DNA of 64,000 nt from an uncultured beta proteobacterium (GTDB taxonomy: Bacteria > Pseudomonadota > Gammaproteobacteria > Burkholderiales > SG8-41): NCBI GenBank assembly GCA_963734595.1, contig CAVTHV010000018.1, positions 248,962 through 312,961 on the forward strand, read 5' to 3'. The translations under genes were made by a program, and so were the position numbers. How positions within the stretch are numbered: the first letter of the stretch is position 1; every line of letters starts with the position of its first letter. The notes beneath the pieces are model-generated. The model worked only from the letters and a program-made list of their open reading frames with translations. It had not been told where the DNA came from and did not search any database. Of the stretch, positions 40,656 to 49,708 are shown in pieces.

Positions 40656-41053
40656 CGAAACAATACGGACCGCTCGGCGGCAGAATCCTGTTGTCGTTGA
40701 TGTTCATCATCTCGGGATGGGGCAAGGTCACCGGTTTCTCCGGCACCGCCGGCTACATGGCGAGCATGGGCATGCCGCATCCGGAACTGTTGCTGCCGTT
40801 TGCGATCGCCATCGAACTGGGCGGCGGCCTGATGCTGCTCTTCGGCTGGAAGACGCGCCTCGCCGCGCTTGCGATGTTCCTGTTCATCATCCCGACAACG
40901 CTCATCTTCCACAATTTCTGGGCGGCGGATGCGGCGAACGCGCAGAACCAGATGATCCATTTCATGAAGAACGTCACCATCATGGGCGGCATGCTGTACG
41001 TGATGGCCTTCGGCGCCGGACCGCTGAGCCTCGACAACCGCAAGAGCGGCTGA
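40633..41053 (+). CDS. DoxX family membrane protein, one frameshift near 40652
   Basis: GAAGGAGGGG RBS plus ATG at 40633 (MDKLCEL), then the frame of ORF 40652..41053 (TKQYGPLGGRILLSLMFIISGWGK...). The N-terminus parallels the paralog at 46812 (MEALCRLSQTYAPLLGRILL). Confidence 0.8.
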
Positions 41054-41128
41054 ACCCAGGCCGCGCCGACCGCTTAGTGTGATAACCTGAGCGCGCCCGC
41101 CGCGCCCGGTCGCGGTGGTACCATTGAC

Positions 41129-42736
41129 ATGTCCGATCAGCGCGCTCCCGATTCTTCTCCTGCCATGTCGCCCTGGGCTCCGCTCGGGCGGCCGCTGTTT
41201 CGCTATCTGTGGATCGCGACCGTCGTCTCCAACATCGGCTCGTGGATGCAGGACGTCGGCGCCGGCTGGCTGATGACCACGCTCGCGCCGGAGCCGATCA
41301 TGGTGGCGCTGGTGCAGACCGCGACGACGCTGCCTTTCGTGCTGCTCGTGCTGCCGGCGGGCGCGCTCGCCGATATCATCGACCGCCGCCGCTACCTGAT
41401 CGCCGTCCAGATCTGGATGCTGGCGGTATCGGCGACGCTCGGCGTGCTGACGCTGCTGCAGATCACGAACGCCTGGACCCTGCTCGTTTTCACCTTTGCG
41501 CTGGGGATCGGCACCGCGATGATGATGCCGGCATGGTCGTCGATCATGCCCGAGCTGGTGCCGCGCGAGCAGCTGCAGCCGGCCATCGTGCTGAACAGCG
41601 TCGGCATCAATCTGTCGCGCGCGATCGGGCCGGCGGTGGCGGGCGTGATCGTATCGGCGGTCGGCTCGTGGGCGGTGTTTCTGCTGAATGCGCTGTCCTA
41701 TCTCGGCGTGATCGCCGTTCTGATCTGGTGGCAGCGCGAGCAGCCCAAGCGCGCGTTGCCCTCCGAGGGCCTCGTCGGCGCCTTTCGCAGCGGCCTGCGT
41801 TTCGTGTGGAACGCGCCCGCGTTGCAGACGGTGCTGGTGCGCACTTGCGGCTTCTCCATTTTTGCGAGCGCGACGTGGTCGCTGTTCCCGCTGATCGTGC
41901 GCCACGAACTCGGCCGCGGCTCGGAAGTCTACGGCGTGCTGCTCGCGTGCATCGGCGTCGGCGCGGTCAGCGGCGCCATGGTCCTGCCGCGGCTGCGCGC
42001 GCGTTTCTCCAGGCATGTGCTGGTGGCGGCCGCCACGCTCGTGTATGCAGGCGCGGCGCTGACGCTCGCCTACGTGCGCAATGTCTACGTGCTGGGAGGG
42101 GCGATGTTCGCGACCGGCACGGCGTGGCTCACCGTGCTTTCCGCGTTGCAGGTCACCGCCCAGACCGCGCTGCCGGCGTGGGTGCGCGCGCGCGGGCTGG
42201 CGGTATACATGGTGGTGTTCATGGCGGGGATGGCGGGCGGCAGCGCCCTGTGGGGCCACGTCGCGTCGGTGGCCGGCATTCCCATGGCGTTGACCATAGC
42301 CGCGGCCGGTGCCGTCGCCGGCATCGCGCTCACGTGGCGCTTCAAGCTTGGCGCACAGGAAGCGGTCGATCTCGCGCCGTCGATGCACTGGCCGGCGCCG
42401 CTCGTCAGCTCGGAACCCGAGCCGGAGCGCGGCCCGGTGATGGTGACCATCGAGTACCTGATCGAGCCGGCACGGACGGCGGACTTCGTCGCGGCCATGC
42501 AGGACATGCGCCGCATACGCCAGCGCGACGGTGCCTTTTTCTGGGAACTGTTCCAGGATGCCGCCGATTCGGCGCGCTTCGTCGAATGTTTCATGACCGA
42601 GTCGTGGGTCGAGCACCTGCGCCAGCACGAGCGGGTCACCGTGGCCGACCGCAAGGTCCAGCAGCGGATCGATGCGTTTCACGTCGGCGGCGAGCGGCCG
42701 CGGGCATCGCATTTGCTGGCCGGCATACTGCCATGA
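41129..42736 (+). CDS. MFS transporter with C-terminal soluble extension
   Basis: 12-TM-like profile (...FRYLWIATVVSNIGSWMQDVGAGWLM...). The C-terminal roughly 110 aa are hydrophilic. Confidence 0.85.
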   Translation: MSDQRAPDSSPAMSPWAPLGRPLFRYLWIATVVSNIGSWMQDVGAGWLMTTLAPEPIMVALVQTATTLPFVLLVLPAGALADIIDRRRYLIAVQIWMLAVSATLGVLTLLQITNAWTLLVFTFALGIGTAMMMPAWSSIMPELVPREQLQPAIVLNSVGINLSRAIGPAVAGVIVSAVGSWAVFLLNALSYLGVIAVLIWWQREQPKRALPSEGLVGAFRSGLRFVWNAPALQTVLVRTCGFSIFASATWSLFPLIVRHELGRGSEVYGVLLACIGVGAVSGAMVLPRLRARFSRHVLVAAATLVYAGAALTLAYVRNVYVLGGAMFATGTAWLTVLSALQVTAQTALPAWVRARGLAVYMVVFMAGMAGGSALWGHVASVAGIPMALTIAAAGAVAGIALTWRFKLGAQEAVDLAPSMHWPAPLVSSEPEPERGPVMVTIEYLIEPARTADFVAAMQDMRRIRQRDGAFFWELFQDAADSARFVECFMTESWVEHLRQHERVTVADRKVQQRIDAFHVGGERPRASHLLAGILP

Positions 42737-42744
42737 ATGTCATT

Positions 42745-42850
42745 TCAAAATGCCAACAAAAAACAATAGACAGGATTACAGGATTTACATGATTTTCCCG
42801 GGTTCCAATCTTGTTCACCCTGTAAATCCTGTCCATAGCCTGTCTTTTGA
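42745..42850. repeat. palindromic-element variant, copy 8 (ACAGGATT-type arms)
   Basis: CAAAATGCCAACAAAAAACAATAGACAGGATTACAGGATTTACATGATTTT ... CCCTGTAAATCCTGTCCATAGCCTGTCTTTTGAAT. It starts about 10 nt after the MFS stop. Confidence 0.65.
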
Positions 42851-42891
42851 ATCGCTCAAGTTTGTCCAATTGAAAAACGAAGGAGATCCAC

Positions 42892-43494
42892 ATGCAGGAA
42901 AGAAAAGCAGTCACCAGCGTTCCGATTCACGATCTTCTCGCGAACCGCTGGAGTCCGCGTGCCTACGACGCCGGCAAGCCGGTCAGCCGCGCGCAGATCG
43001 CGGCGTTGCTCGAAGCGGGGCGCTGGGCGCCGTCGTGCAACGGCGACGAGCCGTGGCGCTATCTGGTCTGGGACAGGAGCCGCGACCCGCAGGGCTGGCA
43101 GCGGGCGTTCGACTGCCTGTCCGAGAGCAATCAGAAGTGGGTGAAGAACGTGCCGCTGTTGATGTTGTCATGCGCGGGCAGCGCTTTTGCGCACAACGGC
43201 AAACCCAACCGCTGGACGCAGCACGACACCGGCATGGCCAGTCTTTCCATCGCGCTGCAGGCCGTGGCGCTCGGCCTGATCGCGCACCAGATGGGCGGCT
43301 TCGACGCGGACAAGGCGCGCGCGGCGTTCGGCATTCCCGCCGAATACACGCCGATGGCCATGATCGCAATCGGCTACCAGGCCGAGCCCGATGTCCTCGA
43401 CGAGGAAACCAAAGCGAAGGAGTTGCGGCCGCGCGGACGCAAGCCGCTGGGCGAACGCTTTTTCGAAGGCGCGTGGGGCAAGCCGGTCGCGTGA
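42892..43494 (+). CDS. nitroreductase family protein
   Basis: LLANRWSPRAY...RWAPSCNGDEPWRY...HQMGGFD... Confidence 0.9.
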   Translation: MQERKAVTSVPIHDLLANRWSPRAYDAGKPVSRAQIAALLEAGRWAPSCNGDEPWRYLVWDRSRDPQGWQRAFDCLSESNQKWVKNVPLLMLSCAGSAFAHNGKPNRWTQHDTGMASLSIALQAVALGLIAHQMGGFDADKARAAFGIPAEYTPMAMIAIGYQAEPDVLDEETKAKELRPRGRKPLGERFFEGAWGKPVA

Positions 43495-43506
43495 CCGGGC
43501 GGCGTT

Positions 43507-44350
43507 CTATACGTCCTGCGGGCTTTCGGCCAGCGCCGAACTGTGGGCCTTGATTTCGCGCACGGGTTTGTCGCCGCGGATGCTGCGGCCCGACGGCAGC
43601 CACGTGCAGACCGCGGCGCCGGGCGCCCAGATGGTCTTGTATATCGCCGGGAACGAAGAACTCGACGAACACCATGTCTTCGTCGCCGCTCGCTCCGGAG
43701 GTAATGCCGCTCGCGGTCGTCGTAGTAGATCAGGTCGCCCTTGTTGCACCGGGAACGGGCTTTCGTTGGCATACGCGGTGCCGCTGCCCTTCAGCACGTA
43801 CATGAAATGCTCGGCGCCTTCGTGATGATGGTTCGAGGCCTCGGTGCCCGCCGGGTAGATGATCATCTCGCCCTTGATCGCCTTCGTGCCGAACAGCTTG
43901 GGCGTCACGACGTAGATGCGCTTGCGCGCGTCGTGCTCGGAGTCGAGCACCGGCTCGCGCGTCCAGTCGACGATGCGGAACCCGGGCGGATTCGACGCGA
44001 AGCCGGCATCGAAACGGCCGGCGTCGGGCACTTCGGCGTAAAGCAGCGCGGCGGCCGCCGGCGTCGCGCAGCGTGCCTTTGAAGCCCGGCGGCAGAAACA
44101 CGATATGGGCATCGGTCAGGTGCTCTTTGCGCTGCGCGTGCTCGAGCGTGGTCTCGCCCTCGAGCATCTGGAACCAGGCGAGGTTGCCCGCGGCCACGGT
44201 CAGTTTCAGCGCGGCGCCCGGCGCCAGCGTCAGGCGGTCGAGCAGGATATTGGTGCCTTTGACGCGCGCATCGGTGAGCAGGCGCTGGCGTTTGACTTTG
44301 TCGGCGATGGTCTCGGCGGCGATGGTGCTTTCGTTGATTGTCACGGCCAT
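43507..44350 (-). pseudogene. bicupin protein, about 3 frameshifts
   Basis: GGAGAA RBS plus ATG at 44350 (MAVTINESTIAAE...LAWFQMLEGETTLEH...), then ...IIYPAGTEASNHHHEGAEHFMYVLKGSGTAY..., GDLIYYDDRERHYLRS, MVFVEFFVPG and ...YKTIWAPGAAVCTW... in different frames. Confidence 0.65.
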
Positions 44351-44536
44351 GTTGTTCTCCTGCAATGCAAGGGTTTGCCGCGGGACGTTGCGCATCCCGG
44401 CTCACCAGATAATGTAGTCGCGCGCGGGCGGCGGCGCAAATGTTTCGGGCGAAAGCCGTTCAGTCCGGCATAACTTGCCATTTATCCGGCTTTGACCTAG
44501 CCTTCCCGGTTCGCCCGTTGGAGAGCTGGAAAAATC

Positions 44537-44738
44537 GAAAAAGCATTAACGCGAAGGACGCGAAGGTCCGCAAAGGTAACGCGAAAGTAAAAGCTGGATA
44601 AAATCAGAATTTAGAAACACGTGCTATGACGCTTTGACGGGCTTGGTGTTCTGATTTCTGCAATTCTGGTTGTCTTCAATAATCTTTGCGTTTTGCTTGT
44701 GCGGTTCCTCGCGTCCTTTGTGTCCTTTGTGTCTTTTT
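44537..44738. repeat. palindromic element, copy 9 (GCGAAGGAC-type arms)
   Basis: AAAAAGCATTAACGCGAAGGACGCGAAGGTCCGCAAAGGTAACGCGAAAG ... CTTTGCGTTTTGCTTGTGCGGTTCCTCGCGTCCTTTGTGTCCTTTGTGTCTTTTT. Confidence 0.85.
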
Positions 44739-44771
44739 GACGTGCTTTGTCAAGATATCAAGGAGGGGAGA

Positions 44772-45695
44772 GTGGGATTTTTCGAGCCGCCGCAGCTGAT
44801 CGAGGCCGAGGTTTTCGCCTCGGTGCCTGCAAAGTTGCGCAAGAAGGGGCATCCCTCGAGCTGGATCGACGCCAATCACCCGGGCTCCGGGCTCGACTGC
44901 TTTCTCGAGGGGCCGGCATTCGACCGCGACGGTAATCTCTACATGGTCGACATCCCGTACGGCCGCATCCTCAGGATGTCGCCGCGCGGCGAGTTCGACG
45001 TCGCCGCCGAATACGACGGCTGGCCGAACGGGCTCGCGATCCACAGGGACGGGCGCGTTTTCATCGCCGACTACCGCCGCGGCATCATGGCGCTCGATCC
45101 GAAATCGGGACGCGTCGAGCCGCTGCTCAGCCATTGTTTTTCCGAAAGCTTCAAGGGCGTGAACGACCTCACCTTCGCGAAAAACGGCGATCTTTATTTC
45201 ACCGACCAGGGACAGACCGGCGTGCACGATCCGTCCGGGCGCGTCTATCGCTATACGGCGGACGGGCGTCTCGACTGCCTGATCGCGAACGGCCCCAGCC
45301 CCAACGGCATCGTGCTCGATCCGGACGACAAGGTGCTCTATGTCGCGATGACGCGCGCCAACTGCATGTGGCATTGCCCGCTCAAGCCGGGCGGCGGCGT
45401 GTCGAAGGCCGGCGTGTTCGCGCAGCTGCCGGGCATTCACGGCCCCGACGGCCTGGCGATGGACGAGGCCGGCAACCTGTCGGCCGCCCATGCGCGGCCG
45501 GGTATCATCTGGACCTTCAGCAGCATCGGCGAGCCGCTCTACCGCGTGCAGAGCAAAACCAAAGGCAGCCGCATGACGAACATGGCTTACGGCGGCGCCG
45601 ACCGCAGGACGCTGTTCATCACCGAGTCCTACAGCGGTGCGATCCTGGCGGCGAAGATGCCGGTCGCCGGGAAGGTTTTGTTTTCTCACCTTTAA
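44772..45695 (+). CDS. SMP-30/gluconolactonase/LRE family protein
   Basis: GTG start after AAGGAGGGGAG. Beta-propeller motifs (...EGPAFDRDGNLYMVD..., ...PNGLAIHRDG..., ...NDLTFAKNGDLYFTD..., ...PNGIVLDPD..., ...PDGLAMDEAGN...). Confidence 0.85.
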   Translation: MGFFEPPQLIEAEVFASVPAKLRKKGHPSSWIDANHPGSGLDCFLEGPAFDRDGNLYMVDIPYGRILRMSPRGEFDVAAEYDGWPNGLAIHRDGRVFIADYRRGIMALDPKSGRVEPLLSHCFSESFKGVNDLTFAKNGDLYFTDQGQTGVHDPSGRVYRYTADGRLDCLIANGPSPNGIVLDPDDKVLYVAMTRANCMWHCPLKPGGGVSKAGVFAQLPGIHGPDGLAMDEAGNLSAAHARPGIIWTFSSIGEPLYRVQSKTKGSRMTNMAYGGADRRTLFITESYSGAILAAKMPVAGKVLFSHL

Positions 45696-45698
45696 ATC

Positions 45699-45741
45699 GA
45701 AAAGCATGAACGCAAAGGATCGCAAGGGTTCGCAAAGGTCG
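45699..45741. repeat. solitary left arm of the palindromic element, copy 10
   Basis: GAAAAGCATGAACGCAAAGGATCGCAAGGGTTCGCAAAGGTCG, starting 4 nt after the TAA stop. Confidence 0.8.
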
Positions 45742-45794
45742 TGAAGAACGGCAATGGCGGGTGCATTTTTATGGCAGTTGTTGAGGAGGCAAAG

Positions 45795-46763
45795 GTGAAT
45801 CTCGAATTCCGGATCGTCATGCTCTTTGCAGTGTTCATAGCGGGCACAGTCACGGCCGCGGCGCAGAACTATCCGGTGCGGCCGGTGCGGCTGGTCGTGC
45901 CGTCTTCCCCCGGCGGCGGCACCGACATTTCGGCGCGCATCATCGCGCCCAAGCTCTCCGAATATCTCGGGCAGCAGGTGGTCGTCGACAACCGTCCCGG
46001 CGCCGGGACCATGATCGGCGGCGAGGTCGTCGCGCGTGCCGCGCCGGACGGCTATACGCTGCTGATGGGCATCAGCACGCTTGCGATCAATCCCGCCATT
46101 TACAGGAAGGTGCCGTATGACGCGCTCAGGGATTTCGCGCCGGTCTCGCAGGCAGTGGCCTTGCCCAATGTGCTGGTCGCGCATCCGTCGCTGCCGGTGA
46201 AGACGGTGAAGGAGCTGATTGCATTTGCGAAGGCGCGGCCGGGGCAGCTCAACTTTGCCTCCGCCGGCCTCGGCACCAGTCCCCATCTTTCGATGGAGCT
46301 GTTCCTGTCGATGACGAAACTCAAAATGGTGCACGTGCCGTACAAAGGTTCGGGCCCGGGCGTCGTCGACCTGGTTGCGGGGCATGTGCCGCTGATGATG
46401 CCCAACATGCTGAGCGCGCTGCCCCACATCAAGACCGGCAGGCTGCGCGCGCTCGGGGTCACCAGCGCCAGGCGCGCGGCCGGCGCGCCGGACATTCCGA
46501 CCATCGCCGAAGCCGGCGTGCCGGGCTACGAGGCGGTGCAGTGGTACGGCGTGCTCGCGCCGGCCGGCACGCCGCGCGCCATCGTCACCCGGCTCCACGC
46601 CCAGATCGTGCGCGTGCTGCAGCTACCCGAGATCCGGCAGCGCTTCTCGACCGACGGCGCCGAAGCGGTGGGAAGTTCGCCGGAAGAATTTACGGCCTTC
46701 ATTCGCGCGGAGACTGCGAAGTGGGCGCAGGTGATCAAGGCTGCCGGAATCCGGCCGGAGTAG
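45795..46763 (+). CDS. Bug-family (TctC-like) substrate-binding protein
   Basis: GAGGAGG RBS plus GTG at 45795. YPVRPVRLVVPSSPGGGTD...DNRPGAGT...PDGYTL...VPYKGSGPG. Confidence 0.9.
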   Translation: MNLEFRIVMLFAVFIAGTVTAAAQNYPVRPVRLVVPSSPGGGTDISARIIAPKLSEYLGQQVVVDNRPGAGTMIGGEVVARAAPDGYTLLMGISTLAINPAIYRKVPYDALRDFAPVSQAVALPNVLVAHPSLPVKTVKELIAFAKARPGQLNFASAGLGTSPHLSMELFLSMTKLKMVHVPYKGSGPGVVDLVAGHVPLMMPNMLSALPHIKTGRLRALGVTSARRAAGAPDIPTIAEAGVPGYEAVQWYGVLAPAGTPRAIVTRLHAQIVRVLQLPEIRQRFSTDGAEAVGSSPEEFTAFIRAETAKWAQVIKAAGIRPE

Positions 46764-46811
46764 CGGCCGATCGGCATCTCGTATTGTTGTTCATACTTCA
46801 AAGGGGGAGAC

Positions 46812-47228
46812 ATGGAAGCACTATGCAGGTTATCGCAGACCTACGCGCCGTTGCTCGGGCGCATTTTGCTGTCGTTCATTTTTTTGCAGTCGGCTTACGA
46901 GAAAATCTTTCATTTCCCGCAAACCGTGGCGCTGATGAACTCGAAGGGCATACCGATGGCGGAAGTGCTGCTGGTGCCGACGATCATCATCCTGCTCGGC
47001 GGCGGACTCATGCTCCTCTTCGGCTGGTATGCGCGCTGGGGCGCGCTCGCGCTGTTCGTGTTCATGGTGCCCGCCACGCTGTTTTTCCATTCCTACTGGA
47101 CCTACCCCGAAGCGCAGCAGCTCAACCAGTTCCATCACCTGACGAAAAACATCGCGATAATGGGCGCGCTGCTGATCATCCTCGGCATCGGCTCGGGTCC
47201 GCTGAGCCTCAAGAGCGAAAAACATTGA
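46812..47228 (+). CDS. DoxX family membrane protein
   Basis: LLGRILLSFIFLQSAYEKI...GGGLMLLFGWYARWGALAL... It is a paralog of 40633..41053. Confidence 0.85.
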   Translation: MEALCRLSQTYAPLLGRILLSFIFLQSAYEKIFHFPQTVALMNSKGIPMAEVLLVPTIIILLGGGLMLLFGWYARWGALALFVFMVPATLFFHSYWTYPEAQQLNQFHHLTKNIAIMGALLIILGIGSGPLSLKSEKH

Positions 47229-47244
47229 GAAGCTTATAAGTTCA

Positions 47245-47467
47245 CAAAGAGCATGAACGCGAAGGACGCAAAGGATCGCAAAGTAACGCGAAGGAAAACA
47301 AAGGAAAATAATGGATCAATATTTTTCGGCGTTGTGAGTTGAGTCGGCAGCTGTGATGATGCCAGACATAGCCGCTAATTATCCAGGACCAGACCTTTTG
47401 ATAAGTCCCGCCCGGTTTTCCTTTGCGAACCTTTGCGGACCCTCGCGTCCTTTGCGTTAATGCTTTT
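47245..47467. repeat. palindromic element, copy 11, with conserved internal module M
   Basis: CAAAGAGCATGAACGCGAAGGACGCAAAGGATCGCAAAGTAACGCGAAGG ... [module M] ... TTTTCCTTTGCGAACCTTTGCGGACCCTCGCGTCCTTTGCGTTAATGCTTTT. Confidence 0.85.
47376..47404 (-). promoter_or_regulatory. promoter-like box pair inside module M (minus strand)
   Basis: Read on the minus strand: TTATCA - 17 nt - TAATTA. Confidence 0.3.
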
Positions 47468-47481
47468 AAGCGGGTTTTATA

Positions 47482-48654
47482 ATGAACAATAAAACACTGC
47501 ACCTTGCGCGCCGCATGCGCGACATCGAGCCGTTCCACGTCATGGAGCTGCTGGCGCGCGCCCGCGAACTCGAAGCGCAGGGCCGCTCCATCGTGCACAT
47601 GGAAATCGGCGAGCCGGACTTTCCGACGCCGCAGCCGATCTGCGACGCCGGCATCCGCGCGCTGCAGAAGGGCGAGCTGTTCTACACGCCCGCGCTGGGC
47701 CTGCCGCAGCTGCGCGAGGCGATCGCCGGTTTCTACCAGTCGCGCTACGGCGTCGCGGTCGCTCCTTCCCGCATCATCGTCACTTCGGGCGCCTCGGGCG
47801 CGCTGCTGCTCGCGATCGCGGCGCTGGTCGATCCCGGCGACCAGGTGCTGCTGGCCGATCCCGGCTATCCGTGCAACCGCCATTTCGTGCGCCTGATGGA
47901 GGGCGATCCGGTCGGCATCGCGGTCGGCGCCGACAGCCGTTACCAGTTGAACCCCGAGCTGCTCGAGCAGCATTGGGGCGAGCGCACCGTCGCGGCGCTG
48001 GTCGCCTCGCCGTCGAACCCGACCGGCACGCTGATCGCGGCGGAACAGCTGAAAGCGATGGCGGCATTCACGGCGCGGCGCGGCGGCACGCTGATCGTCG
48101 ACGAGATCTACCACGGCCTGGTCTACGACGGGGTCGCCACGACCGCGCTGGCGCTGTCGGACAATGTGTTCGTCATCAACAGCTTCTCGAAGTACTTCCA
48201 GATGACCGGGTGGCGGCTGGGCTGGATGGTGGCGCCCGAGGCATACGTGCGCGACATCGACAAGCTGTCGCAGAACATCTATCTCTCGGCGCCGACGCCG
48301 TCGCAATATGCGGCGCTCGCGGCGTTCGCGCCGGAAACGCTCGCGATACTCGAAGCGCGCCGCGATGAATTCCGGGCGCGGCGCGATTACCTGGTGCCGG
48401 CGCTGCGCCAGCTCGGCTTCGACATCCCGCACACGCCGGAAGGCGCGTTCTACATCTACGCCGGCTGCGGCTCGCTGGCCCCGGACAGCTTCGCCTTCGC
48501 GCACGACCTGCTGGAGAAGGCGGGCGTGGCGATCACGCCCGGCATCGATTTCGGCGCGAATGCGCCGGAGCGCCACGTGCGCTTCGCCTACACGCGGCCC
48601 GTCGCGGAGCTCGCGGAGGGCGTGCGCCGCATCGCGGCTTTCCTTGGCCGTTAG
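47482..48654 (+). CDS. pyridoxal phosphate-dependent aminotransferase (class I/II)
   Basis: ...SPSNPTG...INSFSKYFQMTGWRLGW... lysine motif region. Confidence 0.9.
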   Translation: MNNKTLHLARRMRDIEPFHVMELLARARELEAQGRSIVHMEIGEPDFPTPQPICDAGIRALQKGELFYTPALGLPQLREAIAGFYQSRYGVAVAPSRIIVTSGASGALLLAIAALVDPGDQVLLADPGYPCNRHFVRLMEGDPVGIAVGADSRYQLNPELLEQHWGERTVAALVASPSNPTGTLIAAEQLKAMAAFTARRGGTLIVDEIYHGLVYDGVATTALALSDNVFVINSFSKYFQMTGWRLGWMVAPEAYVRDIDKLSQNIYLSAPTPSQYAALAAFAPETLAILEARRDEFRARRDYLVPALRQLGFDIPHTPEGAFYIYAGCGSLAPDSFAFAHDLLEKAGVAITPGIDFGANAPERHVRFAYTRPVAELAEGVRRIAAFLGR

Positions 48655-48670
48655 TTAAGAGTCGAAGAAC

Positions 48671-48876
48671 AAAAAAGCGATGACACAAAGGACACAAAGG
48701 ATCACAGAGGAACGAGACAAGAAACACAGGGAAAATTAAATAAACCGCGTTCTTTGCAGATCCGGCGCCGATCGCAAGATGTCTGGTTATCCATTCAGAA
48801 CACGACCGTCATATATTGATCCGTTATTCCTTTGCGTGTCCTCTGTGTCCTTTGCGTCCTTCGCGTTTATGCTGTT
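48671..48876. repeat. palindromic element, copy 12 (GACACAAAG / CACAGAGG mixed arms)
   Basis: AAAAAAGCGATGACACAAAGGACACAAAGGATCACAGAGGAAC ... TTCCTTTGCGTGTCCTCTGTGTCCTTTGCGTCCTTCGCGTTTATGCTGTTGAAC. The right end lies 7 nt from the TAA of the minus-strand gene. Confidence 0.85.
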
Positions 48877-48882
48877 GAACTT

Positions 48883-49620
48883 TTAAACCGACAGCGCCCG
48901 CAGCAGCAGCGAAAACCCGCTCGCGATCAGCAGCCCCCCGATGATCCGCACCACCGTGTCGCGCGGCAGGTTCAGATGCAGCCGGTGCCCGAGGTACAGT
49001 CCTAAAAACATCACCGGCAACAGGCATGCGGCGGTCAGCAGCACGTCCCAGGAAAACAGACCGGCCACGGCATACAGCGCGGTGCGTCCTATGGTGGTGA
49101 ACATGAAGATCACCGGCACCGTGGCGCGGACCTGATCCGGCGTCGAGCCGCGTCCCGCCAGATACATCACGTAAATCGGCCCGCCGACGCCGAACAGCGC
49201 GGAGCTGATGCCCGCCGCCAGCCCGATCGGCGCGGTCGCCCAGCGCGCGACGCGGATCCCCGAATCGCGCTTCAGCGCATAGAGCGTGCCGTAGAACAGC
49301 GCGAACAGGCCCAGGCAGGCGAGCAGGATGTTGCCGGGCAGGTGAATCAGCAGGAAAACGCCGGCGACCATGCCGGCCACCATGAACGGCAGCAGCGGCA
49401 CGAGTTCGCGCGTGTTCACGTCCGCCCGCAGCTTGATGCCCATGCTGAATGCGCCCACGCAATCGAGCACGACCACCACCGGCAGCACGAATTTGAGCGG
49501 ATAGAGGTGCGCGAGCAGCGGGATCGAGACCAGCGTCGAGCCGAAACCCGCGATGCCGAAAATGATGTAGGCGAGCACCACGATCAGCGGCGCGAACACG
49601 AGGATGACGAGACTGGGCAT
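48883..49620 (-). CDS. TauE/SafE family sulfite exporter-like membrane protein
   Basis: ...GIAGFGSTLVSIPLL...GGPIYVMYL..., 7-8 TM. Confidence 0.85.
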   Translation of the reverse strand: MPSLVILVFAPLIVVLAYIIFGIAGFGSTLVSIPLLAHLYPLKFVLPVVVVLDCVGAFSMGIKLRADVNTRELVPLLPFMVAGMVAGVFLLIHLPGNILLACLGLFALFYGTLYALKRDSGIRVARWATAPIGLAAGISSALFGVGGPIYVMYLAGRGSTPDQVRATVPVIFMFTTIGRTALYAVAGLFSWDVLLTAACLLPVMFLGLYLGHRLHLNLPRDTVVRIIGGLLIASGFSLLLRALSV

Positions 49621-49708
49621 TGCCGGAAATTGTCGTTGTGGACCCGGCAGTATAACGGAAGCGGTTAGAATATCGCTTCGCCAGTTCACCCTTTCCCGGA
49701 GTCAGGAA

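Noticed and set aside
44537-44590. The periodic 9-nt arm repeats might be mistaken for a CRISPR array or a coding tandem repeat.
   Set aside because: The units are 8-9 nt with no spacers, only 3-6 units occur per arm, the arms come in inverted pairs, and there are no cas genes. This is not CRISPR.
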